Origin: Camelus ferus | Taxonomy: Eukaryota | DNA length: 64,000 bases | Assembly: GCF_009834535.1 (NCBI RefSeq) | Contig: NC_045698.1 | Span: 6,202,001-6,266,000, forward strand | Direction of reading: 5' to 3' | In this document: positions 53,029-64,000 of the stretch, piece after piece | How the letters are laid out: each line of letters opens with the position of its first letter | Position numbering within the stretch: position 1 is the first letter of the stretch | Notes under the pieces: generated by a model | The model's database searches: none | What the model saw: only the letters and a program-made list of their open reading frames with translations | What the model was told of the DNA's origin: nothing | Program-made: the position numbers and the translations under genes

Positions 53029-53540
53029 TACTGACTTACAGAATCCTGGGACATTGAGATACGTCTTGGATATTTTTCACTAAAAAGTTTCCTCTTTATT
53101 TTCCCCAACTGTCTAATCCTTTTATTTCTACCAACAGCATTACAACTAAGTGAGATAGTATAATCTGGTACCCAACAGTGTTTCTGAACACTGCATCATA
53201 CTGCATTTCTCTAGTCTCATTTTCAGCCTTAGGTTTATATTAAACCTTCTCATTCTCTTTGTCATGACTCTTAACTTCTATTTTGTATTTTGTAGCTGTG
53301 GTTCATTTTGCCTTATTTCCTCAGTTCTGTCTTCTAATTACTGTCTTCCCATCAGTAATATCAAATTTACCATTTACTCTTCTTTTGAGATATTTTCCAA
53401 TAATTGCTTACTGATTTATAGAATACCAGGACACTGAGATATGGCTTGGATGTTTTCCCCTCAATCTTTTCCTCCTTTTTTCCCAAGTGTCTAATCCTTC
53501 TATTTCTATCAACAGCATTAAATCTAAACAAGATAATATA
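53029..53540. repeat. Diverged direct repeat of about 130 bp, copies at about 53029-53160 and 53409-53540
   Basis: ctgacttacagaatcctgggacattgagat...tgtctaatccttttatttctaccaacagcatta versus ctgatttatagaataccaggacactgagat...tgtctaatccttctatttctatcaacagcatta. Confidence 0.85.
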
Positions 53541-53899
53541 AGCTGTTTTTTTTTTTTCAGAATTTTGGTGGGTTTTCTGAATTCCATTTTCTTTGTGCAT
53601 TATGCCTTATTCTTGCCTTACAGATGCTACACCTTCTCTTATCTTTTAGAAATCTTAAACATACTTATTTTCAAATCTTTTTATAAGATTTGAAATAGCC
53701 CCAGACTAGAAATAACCAAATGTTCATCAACGGATGGTGGTATCTGAGTACGTCTCAAGGAGGGAACTTTTCTTACGTGCTCAAGAACCTTATGTGGCAT
53801 CTGTTTTAGGGAGACACATTCTGCCCCCAGTCGTGGAGAATTTATATAGTAAGACTTTACATTTGTCCCTGTCTGGTCCACAATATTTTATCAGTTCTA

Positions 53900-54560
53900 G
53901 ACTATTTTTTTTTCCATTAGCATTATTGAAATCTATGAATAACACCAAATAAATTTTCAGGGCAAACTTTGATCATTGTTGACAAACATACACAGTAATA
54001 AAACCATAACAGTCATTTCTATCACCCCCAAAACTTCCCTCCAGCCCCCTTGTAGAGAATGTGCCCCCTTCCCACCCCAGCCCCGGGCAGCCTCAAATCT
54101 GTTTTCTGAAGCAACAAGGGTGTATTGCCCAGCAGAGGAAATTATAGCCATTATTTTGTAATAAATTTAATGGAGTATAAATTGTAAAAATACTGAATCA
54201 CTATGCTGTACACCTGAAACTAATATAATATTGTAAATATTGTACTTTAATACAAATAAAATTTATTTTCTGTTACGATGATTTTGTCTTTCCTAGAATT
54301 TCACATCAGTGGACCCACAGGACGTGGAATGTTTTTTTTGTGGATGGGCGGTTTCGTCCAGTGTCACGCTCTGGAGGTTCATCTGGGCTGGTGTGTGGCA
54401 ACAGTTTATTCCATCTCCTCACTGTTCTATTTGATGGATATGCCACAATCTGTTTATCATTCACTAGTGGCTGGACAGTTGGGCTGTTTTCTCTGTTTTG
54501 CTCCCATGAGTGAAGCGGCTGTGAATTTGGCATACAGATATTTATGCCGTGTTTTCCTTT
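53900..54560 (-). mobile_element. Old L1 3' region (antisense) with a younger sense L1 tail at about 54109-54260
   Basis: 'catttctatcacccccaaaacttccctccagccccct', 'ttttgtctttcctagaatttca'; insert 'tactgaatcactatgctgtacacctgaaactaatataatattgtaaat'. Confidence 0.75.
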
Positions 54561-57500
54561 TTGCATGCTCGGTACTTGGTCAATGGCTGCTGAAGACCGC
54601 AGATTTGCGCCATTTAACACTGAGCCCTGTTTCATTCCTGCGTGGCATGCCGGGACTTGTTGGACGATCAGCTATGTTATTTAGAATGTCCTGACCTTTT
54701 CAAGGTCTGCTTTTAAGTCTGCTAGGGTGGGGAGGAGCAGATTTTATGATTATGGGTGACCTTTCAACATTTATTTCTATACCAGATTTTTGCACATCAC
54801 ACAGGCTGAGGGCTCTTCGTTCTCAAGGGCAGCTCTTTTCCAACCATCGCTCAGAACTAGCTCTGACGCAGGTGTGGGGTTCCTAAGCAGTGAGCACAGG
54901 TTGCTCAGCCCCACATCATGAATGGGCCTGACGTCCCAGGTCCTCCCCCTCCGCCAGAGACTCAATTCCTGTTGCCTCCAGCACAAAAGCGCACCCTCTC
55001 TGCAGAGGCCACGTCTGGTTCCCTCTGCCCCTACTCCCTACAGCGTGTCTTCCCCCTCACGTCTAATTTGCACAACCTTCTGTTTTAACACAGTATTTAG
55101 TTTAAGGGACTAGAAGCATTTATGGTAGAAGTTTCTGGATGGTAAACCCTTATGTCACAGCTCTTTCTGTAAGTGTATTTCATTTCCCTGGAGATACTCT
55201 TTGACTGTGTGCCGAGGAGGAAGCATGGAAATAGGGCTCTTAGTAAACACTGGTCACAATACTGTACAGGTGACATAAGGGCCATGCAGATCAGCTTTTC
55301 CAAGAGAAAGTTTCCCTCTTCGAAACGTATGTAATCATTAAAGGGAGAATCCAATGTAAAGAAGCAGGTGTAATAATTGTCTTAAGGCAAAAGTTGACAA
55401 TATTCTCTCTCATGAGTCCGTTTGTGAGTTACATGTGTGAACTTGCTTTTTTCGGATATCAGAATGTTGTCAATGACGATGCCCAATTACAGCGGGATGG
55501 AGGCAGGACTGAGACATGCCTGGATATTTTCCCTAATCCCTTCCTCCCCGTGGTTCCCGAACATCTAATCCTTTCCTCTCCATTAACCACATTAAGCCAG
55601 GAAGGTGAGTGGGCTGCCACCCCGGGGTACTAGCAACAGATCCAAAGGGCATCTCCACCTGGGTTGGGGGACATCTCATTGCCTCACAAAAGATAACCTT
55701 TCCAAGCCCAAAACACTTCTCAAGCAGCTCAACAATAGGGTTGGCTGTTACGCAGGCCTCATGTTGTTAGACTGTTGAAACTTGTTTTCTGAAAAGCTTT
55801 CAGAAAATAGCCTGACTACGTGGTAAAGTTCACAGTGATGAGTCTTAAAATAAACAGGCCAGTGGGCTATTTTCTAAGCACTGAGAGCTCCCTCCTACCA
55901 CATCCTGGTCTCCAGATGGGGCAATTTCACATTTGCCGATTGCCAGAGGGCCCATCCTTAACAAAAGCCTCGGACCCTGACCAGGGGGCCTTTCTTGCTC
56001 TCAACATACCCGTCATCTCTCCCTCTTTGTCTCACTCTAGATTCACAAAACCCTTCTCGCCCGGCTGTGCCGCATTTATAGCCTCCAGTCCAGGAAAGGA
56101 CCACCACCTCCCGGGGATGTCTCCCAGGGTGCGGATTCCTCCCGGCTCGGCAGTTTGAGCTGGAGGCTCAGGTTGGTACCAGCAGCCCTGGCCGTGGGGA
56201 AGAGCCCAGGATAAGTAGATTTCTCCCGCAGCCGGACCAGCTCCACCCTTAATTGTTCCGTATAATTGTGTTTCACATAAATTTTATTTTAAAAAGGAAT
56301 TTGCTGAACAACTTAAAAAGGAGCCAAGGCCCCTCATTTTAAGACTTGTTTTTGCTTCTTCCCAGGGTTTCCTGCTCTGGGCTCCCCTGATCTTCCCACG
56401 TCTCCCTTTTCCTCTCACCTCGCTCCACAGAAATGCTCTGTTCCTGTCAAACTCTCTTTACCCCCGCTGCGGGCATCCTCACTTCCTTTCACCGGCTGAT
56501 ACTCTTTGCTTTGCCTAAAATGTGTAACTACCGATTGTCAACGTCTGCCCTTCGTCTTCTCAACCCCTGCCTTTTGGGGTAAGCGGTGAATGGCCCCCTC
56601 TCTCAGGAATCCCCCTCCTCCCAGATCCCCACGGCCCCTTCACAGCAGAGCTCCGAGGACCCTCCTCCTCCGAGGTCCCCAGGGCCGTGCACCGGGGACT
56701 CGGCTCCTCCACACCCGACAGCCTCTGAGAACGCCCAGCTCAGGGGTTTGCTAACCAGCGCCCGAGGGAGTCGTTTCAGCTTCACAAATTCCAGTTTTCC
56801 ATAATTTTAGATAAAGATTTGAGTTTTCAGGAAGGCATCCTGCTATGAATTACTCCTGTGAAAGAGTAGTAGATTTGTACTTAGATCACCGGCTGTAAAA
56901 GGGCTGGTTTTTGCTAGACTGTGTTTCTCCAAGTAGGTGCCCGTCCCCCACCCCCAGGGGTGAGGTGTTTGGATGTGGTCAGTTGACCTGATTTGGCAGT
57001 TGGCCCCCATTTTGTGAGGACAAGAAAGTGTGGATGAATGAGAAGAGGAAGAAGAAAAGAGGAAAGCACTTAATCTGGAGGCTTCTTAATGAACACAGCT
57101 CGGTGTAGACCATTGTTAAGCTCGTTAAAATGCCTTACAGGGTCCGTCCTGCTGGCCAGTCACCCACCAGCCACTTCCCGCGTGGGGCTGGCTCTGATCG
57201 GGGGGTTTTCAGGGCCCCTCCCTGCACGTGCAGGGACTGTACCGTCCTGGTCACGGACAAAGCTCCCACATTCATGCTACAGGCCGCACACAGTGACGTG
57301 ACGCTGCTCTCCTGTGCACCCAGTTTGCTGACACACGTTTCTGTTCACGCCTAGTTCACACGTGGATGCGCTCTGACCCGGCTCACTTCGAGAGAGCGAC
57401 GGGCAGCAGGCGGGCTGGAGCAGGTGTGCTCAGGCAGCTGAGGGACCCCCGCGGGCTCCCGGCTCCCCCACCTGCCCCTCAGGTGCTCCCCAGGTGCTCA

Positions 57501-59825
57501 GCCCGCTGCCACCTGCCTCCCAGGATTTCAGGAGGCCCTGTGCTGTGTCCACAGGTAGGAGCCCCACTCACAGCCACAGCCCAGGAAGGGCCCCCTGTTC
57601 TCCTCACCTGGGTCCCCTGCCCTCCCTCAAAGCAGCAGCTCCTGCTCCCGCCTCTGCTTGGAGCGGTTACCCCTCCACCCAGCCGTGGGAGAAAGCCAGC
57701 GCTGTCACCAAGGGTGCTGTCCTTGTTCCCAAGACCCCAGGGCTCAGGCGACGGAGAGCTCTGGTCCCACACAGAAGCGGGGAGGTGGCATTCTCCACAG
57801 CTCGTGCCAGCCCTCAACACCACACCAAAACCATGTATCCTGAGACTCCCCAAGATGACGAGAACCATTTGTTTCTCTGGCCTGTGTTCTCACTGAGGCT
57901 GAGCCGGGCTTCAAGGCTGATGTCCCCGGGTCCCTTCTCTCCCTCCTTGCCCCTACCTGCAGACCAGCCCTCCTCACGGCAAGGCTCTCGGAGTCTCTGC
58001 CCTGCCTCCTCTTGTCCCCAAGCCGGGGGTCCCCTTGTTCCTCACCACGTCCTGGCCCAGGACCCGCAGGCCTCCTTTACACATGGGGAGAGAGCACGGG
58101 GACTTCTGCGTCACCCCAGTCACACTGGACACAGGGGGAACGGGTCGCGGGCTGCTCGCTCACATGTTGGCTGGAGCAGCAGGACTCACAGCCCAGCCTT
58201 AGTTCAAAGGGAACACGAGACAAGGGAAAAGCAACAACAAACAGGAAAAGTGGGAGAAGACTATGCAAACTAGGCCGCTTCAGAAGTGGTATCCCATTGC
58301 ATTTAGGCAGGACCCTGGGCTCTCAGCCACCTCCCTACTGGTGACCTCTCGCAGGTGGCCCGAGCGGGTCCCCTCCCCCTCCTTTTAAGGAAATCACACC
58401 CCCAGGTCTGGACATGCCTGGCAGTGGGCTCTGGTGCCTGAAGCGCGTGCAGCTCCAGGTCGTCAATCTGGGTCTGGCCCAGGCTCTGTCCTGGGGGCTT
58501 TCAAACGTCTAGACTTTCAGTTCTTTTGTTGGTGGCTCTCCTTTGGACGGAATCACAATAAACATTTTATACAAACAATAAATGTTTGCATTTACTTTTG
58601 TCTTCTGGGAAGATTTCTTTTTCTCAAACCCTAGAATTTGTCCAAGGCTAGTTTATTTGAGTACTTATGAGCATGTGTGCAAGGAAGACCCTAGCAGATG
58701 GCTTCAGAGTCCTGCTGTGAATGCAACTTGCCTGGTGTCGTCCCAGCCGACTTGACTTGTTCATGTATCACCTCTTACTTGCAGCCCCTTTCCCGCAGGG
58801 GAACACTTCCAGAAAATTCCAGAGCCCATGCTGTGTGAATTTTGGTATATTTCACAACTTTTCCCAATCCTGATTTTTATAAAACTTGAAAAGATAAGGC
58901 AGTGAAAAATCAAACTGAAAGCTCAGATGTGGAAACTTATATCCTAGTCATAAAATATGTTTTCATGAGCAGGTTTTCGTCATGTTCCCAAGCAGCCCGT
59001 GGGGTGTGATGATCACCTCGGTCCCCATTTTCTGAAGGGAAGCTCAGAGGCTGGATTTTTGTTGCTTTTACCCCATAGGGTTTCCCAACATCATCTTTCT
59101 TGGCCAAAGGAAAATAGATTAGAAGCAACTAAGACACTCAAAACTACATGTCTCTTCAAACCTTTTTCCTCTCTCTGATAATCCCAAGGTCACTGGGCCC
59201 AAGGTAACTAGCAACTCTGACTGCAGACCACAGAAAATCTCTTTTTCATAATTCTTGAACAAATTAAAGTTCCTCACAGTTTACATAATACACAGAAATA
59301 ATGAGAACATTGCCTTTGATGGACAGACAGCCTTATTTGCTGACAGCTGTGATCTGAGCGAGTCCTTCCATCACAGCATGAGGAGAGGACAGGACAGGTG
59401 GCTCTGGGTTCCACAGAACGGAACGATCGAGAATCTGAATGTTCCCTTCCTGTCAGCACCTCTGTAATCTAGGCTAATCACAACTTGCCTGTGTTTGGTT
59501 GACTCTGGAACAATCCCCCAAACATGCATTGTTTCTCTGCACTGGACACAGACCTGTTCTGATAATCGCTTGGTCTGAAAGCACAGCTGCCCCTCTTCAA
59601 ATATTGTGGGATTTTCTTTCTTTTTAATTGTATAATGTCGCAGTTGCCACAAGGAGTTTTCAATAAAGTGTCACTCATTTAAATATTATTCACATTGTCC
59701 TTTCATTTACAATAAAAGCAACAACAGTAATGACCTGTTTCTTCAACGTTTTATATGTGGTCAGGCCGTTTGCTATGTGCTTTGTTTGCATTAACTCGAC
59801 GAATCATCAGAATGACTTTTCAGTA

Positions 59826-60243
59826 CAGGCAGACCTTAAATATCGTGGATTCGGGTCCAGACCACCGCAATAAAGTGAATATCGCAATACAGCCAGTCAC
59901 ACAAATTTTTGGTTTCTTAGTGTATGTAAAAGTTAGGTTTACACTACGCTGTGGTCTATTAAGTGTGCAATAGTATTATGTCTGAAAAAAAAATTATTAC
60001 CTTAACTGAAAGATTACTTTATTGCTAAAAAATGCTAACCATCATCTGAGCCTTCAGCGAGTTGTAATCTTTTTGCTGATGGAGAGCTTGAAATATTGTG
60101 AGAATTACCAAAATGTGACACAGAAGCACCAGCGGAGCAAATGCTGTTGGAAAATGGCACCAGGAGACTTGACACGTTGCCAGAAACCTTCAGTTTGTAA
60201 AAAATGCAGAATCTGTGAAGTGCAGTAAAACGAGGTGTCCCTG
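59826..60243 (+). mobile_element. Tigger1-derived non-autonomous DNA transposon inserted in a MIR
   Basis: ta|caggcagacct ... cgaggtgtccctg TIR-like ends; internal 'ccagaccaccgcaataaagtgaatatcgcaata'. Confidence 0.9.
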
Positions 60244-61323
60244 GATAGGTGTTCTTACTACCTCCCTGTGCCAATGAGAGACTGGGGCACCAAGAAGTGA
60301 ACAGCCCAGGGCCACCAGCCATCAGGACAGAGCCACTCTTGGACGGGATGCCCAGCACCGCCTCCCTGTCATGGAGGAGCCAAAGGCACGGGTGTCTCGG
60401 TCCAGTTGGGTTTCGCATTTCCCAGTGCAGACCTTGTGCCCGGTGGTACAGACGTGGAGCACGACGGTGGTAACAGAGCGCATGCCTCAGGGCCCCTTGC
60501 AATATGGTCGTGTGGATTTCTAAAATGTGATCAGGTAAAGAATTCAACTGCAGCTAAGTCCCCTTTCTCTTTCCGTTCTGATTCCCTCTCTGTGTGCCGC
60601 ATTTCCCCTTCTATTAGGTGATGTTAGAGTGGCTGTGGGCATCTCTGGGAGGTTCTGTCGGGACACTGAGGTGGGGATACATTCAGTTGGGCTTAAAGAA
60701 GAGTGTGTCTGTGGTTTGCAGTCACCTCCACGACAGTGATGTTGCTGTTGACATCTGGATGTGGATGTGGGAGCACTGAACCTTTTCCTGCCACTACATC
60801 CATGTGCTGACACAAAAATGTGGCACCGGGAGGAGGCTGTCCTGCAGTGCGCAGGGCCTGAAGTCTGTGATTAGTGGAGGAGAGAGAAGATTTGGAAACA
60901 CAGAGTCATAATCTGGTTTGTGTAGGTAATCATCCCAATCTCTTTGCTTGTACCTCAATGAAAGTTAATAGAAGTGTTCCAAATTTTGACAAAAGTCCTA
61001 AAATTTAACATGTGATTACATATAACAAGGTATTACTGATAAAGATAAATCAACCTTGATTAATAATTATTTTTCTATTTTCGCAATAGAGTAGTTTTTG
61101 TCTGGTAGCTAGCAGAAACGTTCTGTTATTTTTCTTGAATTTATTACATACGTTATTTTTGTCTGATTTTTTTACATTTGAAATTTGTAGAGATTTCTTT
61201 TCTAAATCTGAATAAACATTTATTTTCACATTTGATTTCATACTGTGAGTTTTGTATTCCCTGTCTTTCAAAAGCCCCCAAATTACATAAGCGTCAGATG
61301 CTTCAAAAATGGGATCTATCCTG

Positions 61324-61421
61324 GAGGGAGAGTTTAGCTCAAGCGGTAGAGCACGTGCTTAGCATGAGGTCCTGGTACCTCCTTTAAGAATAAACAAGTA
61401 AACCTAATTACCTCCTCTCAC

Positions 61422-61460
<39 letters not shown>

Positions 61461-61470
61461 AGAGAGAGAG
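61324..61470 (+). mobile_element. tRNA-derived SINE (Vic-1-like) lacking the B box
   Basis: A box 'tagctcaagcggtagagc', long poly-A plus (GA)n. 17-bp TSD aaatgggatctatcctg (61307-61323) / aaatgtgatctatcctg (61471-61487). Confidence 0.9.
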
Positions 61471-61770
61471 AAATGTGATCTATCCTGAATATATGCTAAA
61501 AAATGCATATATCACAAAAATGACTAGAAACCCATTGAGAGTGTGTCTCTGAGGGCAACCCTGCAGCTAAGGGCGTGCATTCACTTGTCCCTTCGCAAAC
61601 AGGAGCACCTTCTAGACTCAGGACGAAGGCTTTCCAGCTGTTGTGCCTACCTGTGTGTGCACGTGAACGTACTCCCTGTCACAGCTGCCTCTTTGTCCCC
61701 CTGGCAGGGAATTTCCTGGTGCCATGTTGGTGCCACCATAATGCTTCTCTCGGGCAGGAGTAGAGCCTGA

Positions 61771-61784
61771 CCACCAGGGGGCGT
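61771..61784 (+). promoter_or_regulatory. CTCF consensus motif
   Basis: (tga)CCACCAGGGGGCGT. Confidence 0.55.
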
Positions 61785-62864
61785 GTGGTCCTTCTGGGGT
61801 ACCAAGAGTCCTTGTGACAGGCATCTGCTGGCGGGAAACAGGAGGTGACACAGCAATTCTGAGATGCAAGAGGGGGAGGAAACTGAAGACTAAGAGAACT
61901 ATGGACAGGCCTCCTCACAGCCCTAGTGTGGCTGTGCTCATTGCTCCCGGAAAGATGGCCCATGAAACCGCCACTGCGATGAACAGTCGACCCTCTGTCA
62001 AAGGCCATCATGAACACCTGCTAATACCATGCAGCTCGCATACGCTAAGACTGGAAAATTATTCAGCAAAGTGATAAGATTCATTTCTCAAAGTATGAAG
62101 AGTGGTTTTTCAAACCAGATGATCTCTCACAGTTCCTGTGCTCTGTACATTTTATAAAGGGTCACCTTTCAACTTTACTTCCTCTGTTAAACTTTTAGTG
62201 GCTGGTCTTAGGACCTTGGCTCTGCCCAGAACTACCAAACGTCTGGCAGATGTGTTCTTGTTGCTGTCGGCTCTGGTGCTGACTGTGATTGCAGGGCTGG
62301 GGTGAGAGCGTCCAGTGCTTCCAGGGACAAGGCACACGAAGCAGATGATGGGAGAAGAGCCACCGCAGACATCACTTTCTGCTTGATTTTATACACCAAC
62401 AGCTTTAGAGAAATAAACCAAATGCAAATACGTATAATTCCAGAAAAACTATACTGCTTCAGATATTATTTTAAAGACCCCATTTCTTCTTACATTATCT
62501 TCCTACAGTTGTGCAGTCAATGCATTCAATCACGTCGGCAATCCTTCACCAGGTCGGGCTCAAGGGGACGTTGGAACTGGAAATTTACATTATATATTTC
62601 AAATGGGTCCAGAAGGGGATTTTAAATCATATTTCAAGTTCATTTTTTAAAGAACAAATGAAGTAGAATCTACAAAGAGGAGGTGGATACATGGAGCATC
62701 GTGTGAGAATGTCCAAATATTGGAATAAATCACTATAAATGCAAAGATTCAGAAAAAACAATCACAAGGAAGAAAATTGTGGTACAACTTTGATTTCACG
62801 CACTTTCTAAACTAACGGTCACATGTAGGTTCTTCATGGAATGCTTTAAGATTTTAGGATTTCA

Positions 62865-62955
62865 AACTGAATTGATCTGGGATGGGGTGTGGGTGATGTC
62901 TTAAAAAAACACTCCCCAGATAGTACCAATCTGCAGCCAGAGTTAGTAACTTCCT
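62865..62955. mobile_element. MER5-like fragment
   Basis: 'gatctgggatggggtg...actccccagatagtaccaatctgcagccagagttagtaacttcctg'. Confidence 0.5.
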
Positions 62956-63789
62956 GGGTTGTCGGCCTGGAAAGAACAGATCTCCCCAGAAAGCTGCAGG
63001 AAAATATTCTTTCAGCACTAAAGGACATCCAACCTTCCAACAGGAGAGTCTGAACTCTGTAGTGAGCCTGAATCATCCATCTATCTGGGTAAAGACAGAT
63101 TGAAACAATCTGTGTTTCATTAGTTGGCATTAAAAGTAGTTTAATCATTATAACACGCTTCACTAGTATAGCTTTGTTTTGTTATGTTCATTTTTGGTGC
63201 CCATATTAAATGGGCTTTACAGCTTTTTGGTCAATTGAAAATTATACATGTGAAACTATACACGTCTGCTTCTTTACACATACATGTGTGCATCGGTATG
63301 AGATGTATATATGTACACGTGTGTGAGAGGAAGGGCGATTACATAGGATCACGAACACTGACTCTTCTAGCAGTGTTCATGCTGACTGACAGTGGTTCAT
63401 CCTAGGAAAACGTTGTTTTACACAAGGAAGAATGGAATACGTTTGCTACAGACAAGATGACATAATCTAACAATAAAATGGTCATCAACGGCACAGGATA
63501 CTGACTCTCTGTAAATTAAAAAACCTGATTAGTTTTTCTTAACACGCATTTCCCGTTGGCCATAGAAATACTCGTACAAGTTGTTCACGGCGTCATCCCA
63601 GAGTCATCGAGAAGCTGGTTGGTCCATCTTGGCCTCCACGCGAGAGGCAGTAGGACCTGATCACACAGGAGCGGGGCGTGAGGTTTACTCAGGAGGCGGT
63701 CTGCAGCCTCACTCCCATGAAAGGCTTTCTTTCAAGTAGCAATCACGCCTCAGCACAACTGGGGACACAGCGGCCCTTGAGGCCATGCA

Positions 63790-64000
63790 AAGAAAAATGC
63801 CACTAAACTGTTTCCTAAACAGTAGGCTTTATTTCAATGCTCACTTACAATAGAATGAGACAAACTATTTACATAAAACATAAGTACAAAAAATATAATA
63901 CAATTTTTACTGTACATATTAGGGGTCTCTTATTTTGTCCCCAAAATGGCAGATAGAGATGAGGAAGGGCTGCTATGAAAGGAAGATGGCTGGACCGTCA
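63790..64000 (-). terminator. Probable poly(A) site/3'UTR end of an unidentified minus-strand gene lying beyond the window
   Basis: AATAAA on the minus strand at 63828-63833, several upstream TGTA motifs in U-rich sequence, and a downstream U/GU-rich element. Confidence 0.55.

Noticed and set aside
57366..58344. Longest ORFs in the track (176 aa, 259 aa)
   Set aside because: Pro/Ser/Arg-rich overlapping frames on both strands in GC-rich DNA, with no recognisable domain or exon structure.
1..64000. CRISPR array, operon or other prokaryotic system
   Set aside because: The sequence is mammalian, and no repeat-spacer array or gene-dense region is present.

Overview
Mammalian genomic DNA, most likely a camelid. 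This is inferred from three tRNA-derived SINEs of the type I recall as Vic-1 and from cetartiodactyl-type L1 3' ends. The window is largely intergenic and repeat-rich, and I cannot support any intact protein-coding gene; nearly all ORFs in the track are chance frames or repeat remnants. The main hidden structure is a very old, decayed class I (ERV1-type) provirus on the + strand at about 35190-41720, which the ORF track does not reveal. It has two recognisably related LTRs, a tRNA-Gln-like primer-binding site, and collinear gag, protease, RNase H and integrase motifs. The RT core and env appear to be absent, and an L1 and a second LTR inserted into it later. Other notable items are a CTCF/CRE/AP-1 motif cluster built partly from a GC-shifted MIR tail (about 4370-4465), a Charlie1 hAT transposon with both ends, 5'-inverted L1 insertions, a local 130-bp duplication, and the probable poly(A) site of a minus-strand gene beyond the right edge. 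I found no convincing evidence of a new functional biological system. All family names come from my memory of consensus sequences, not from a database search.
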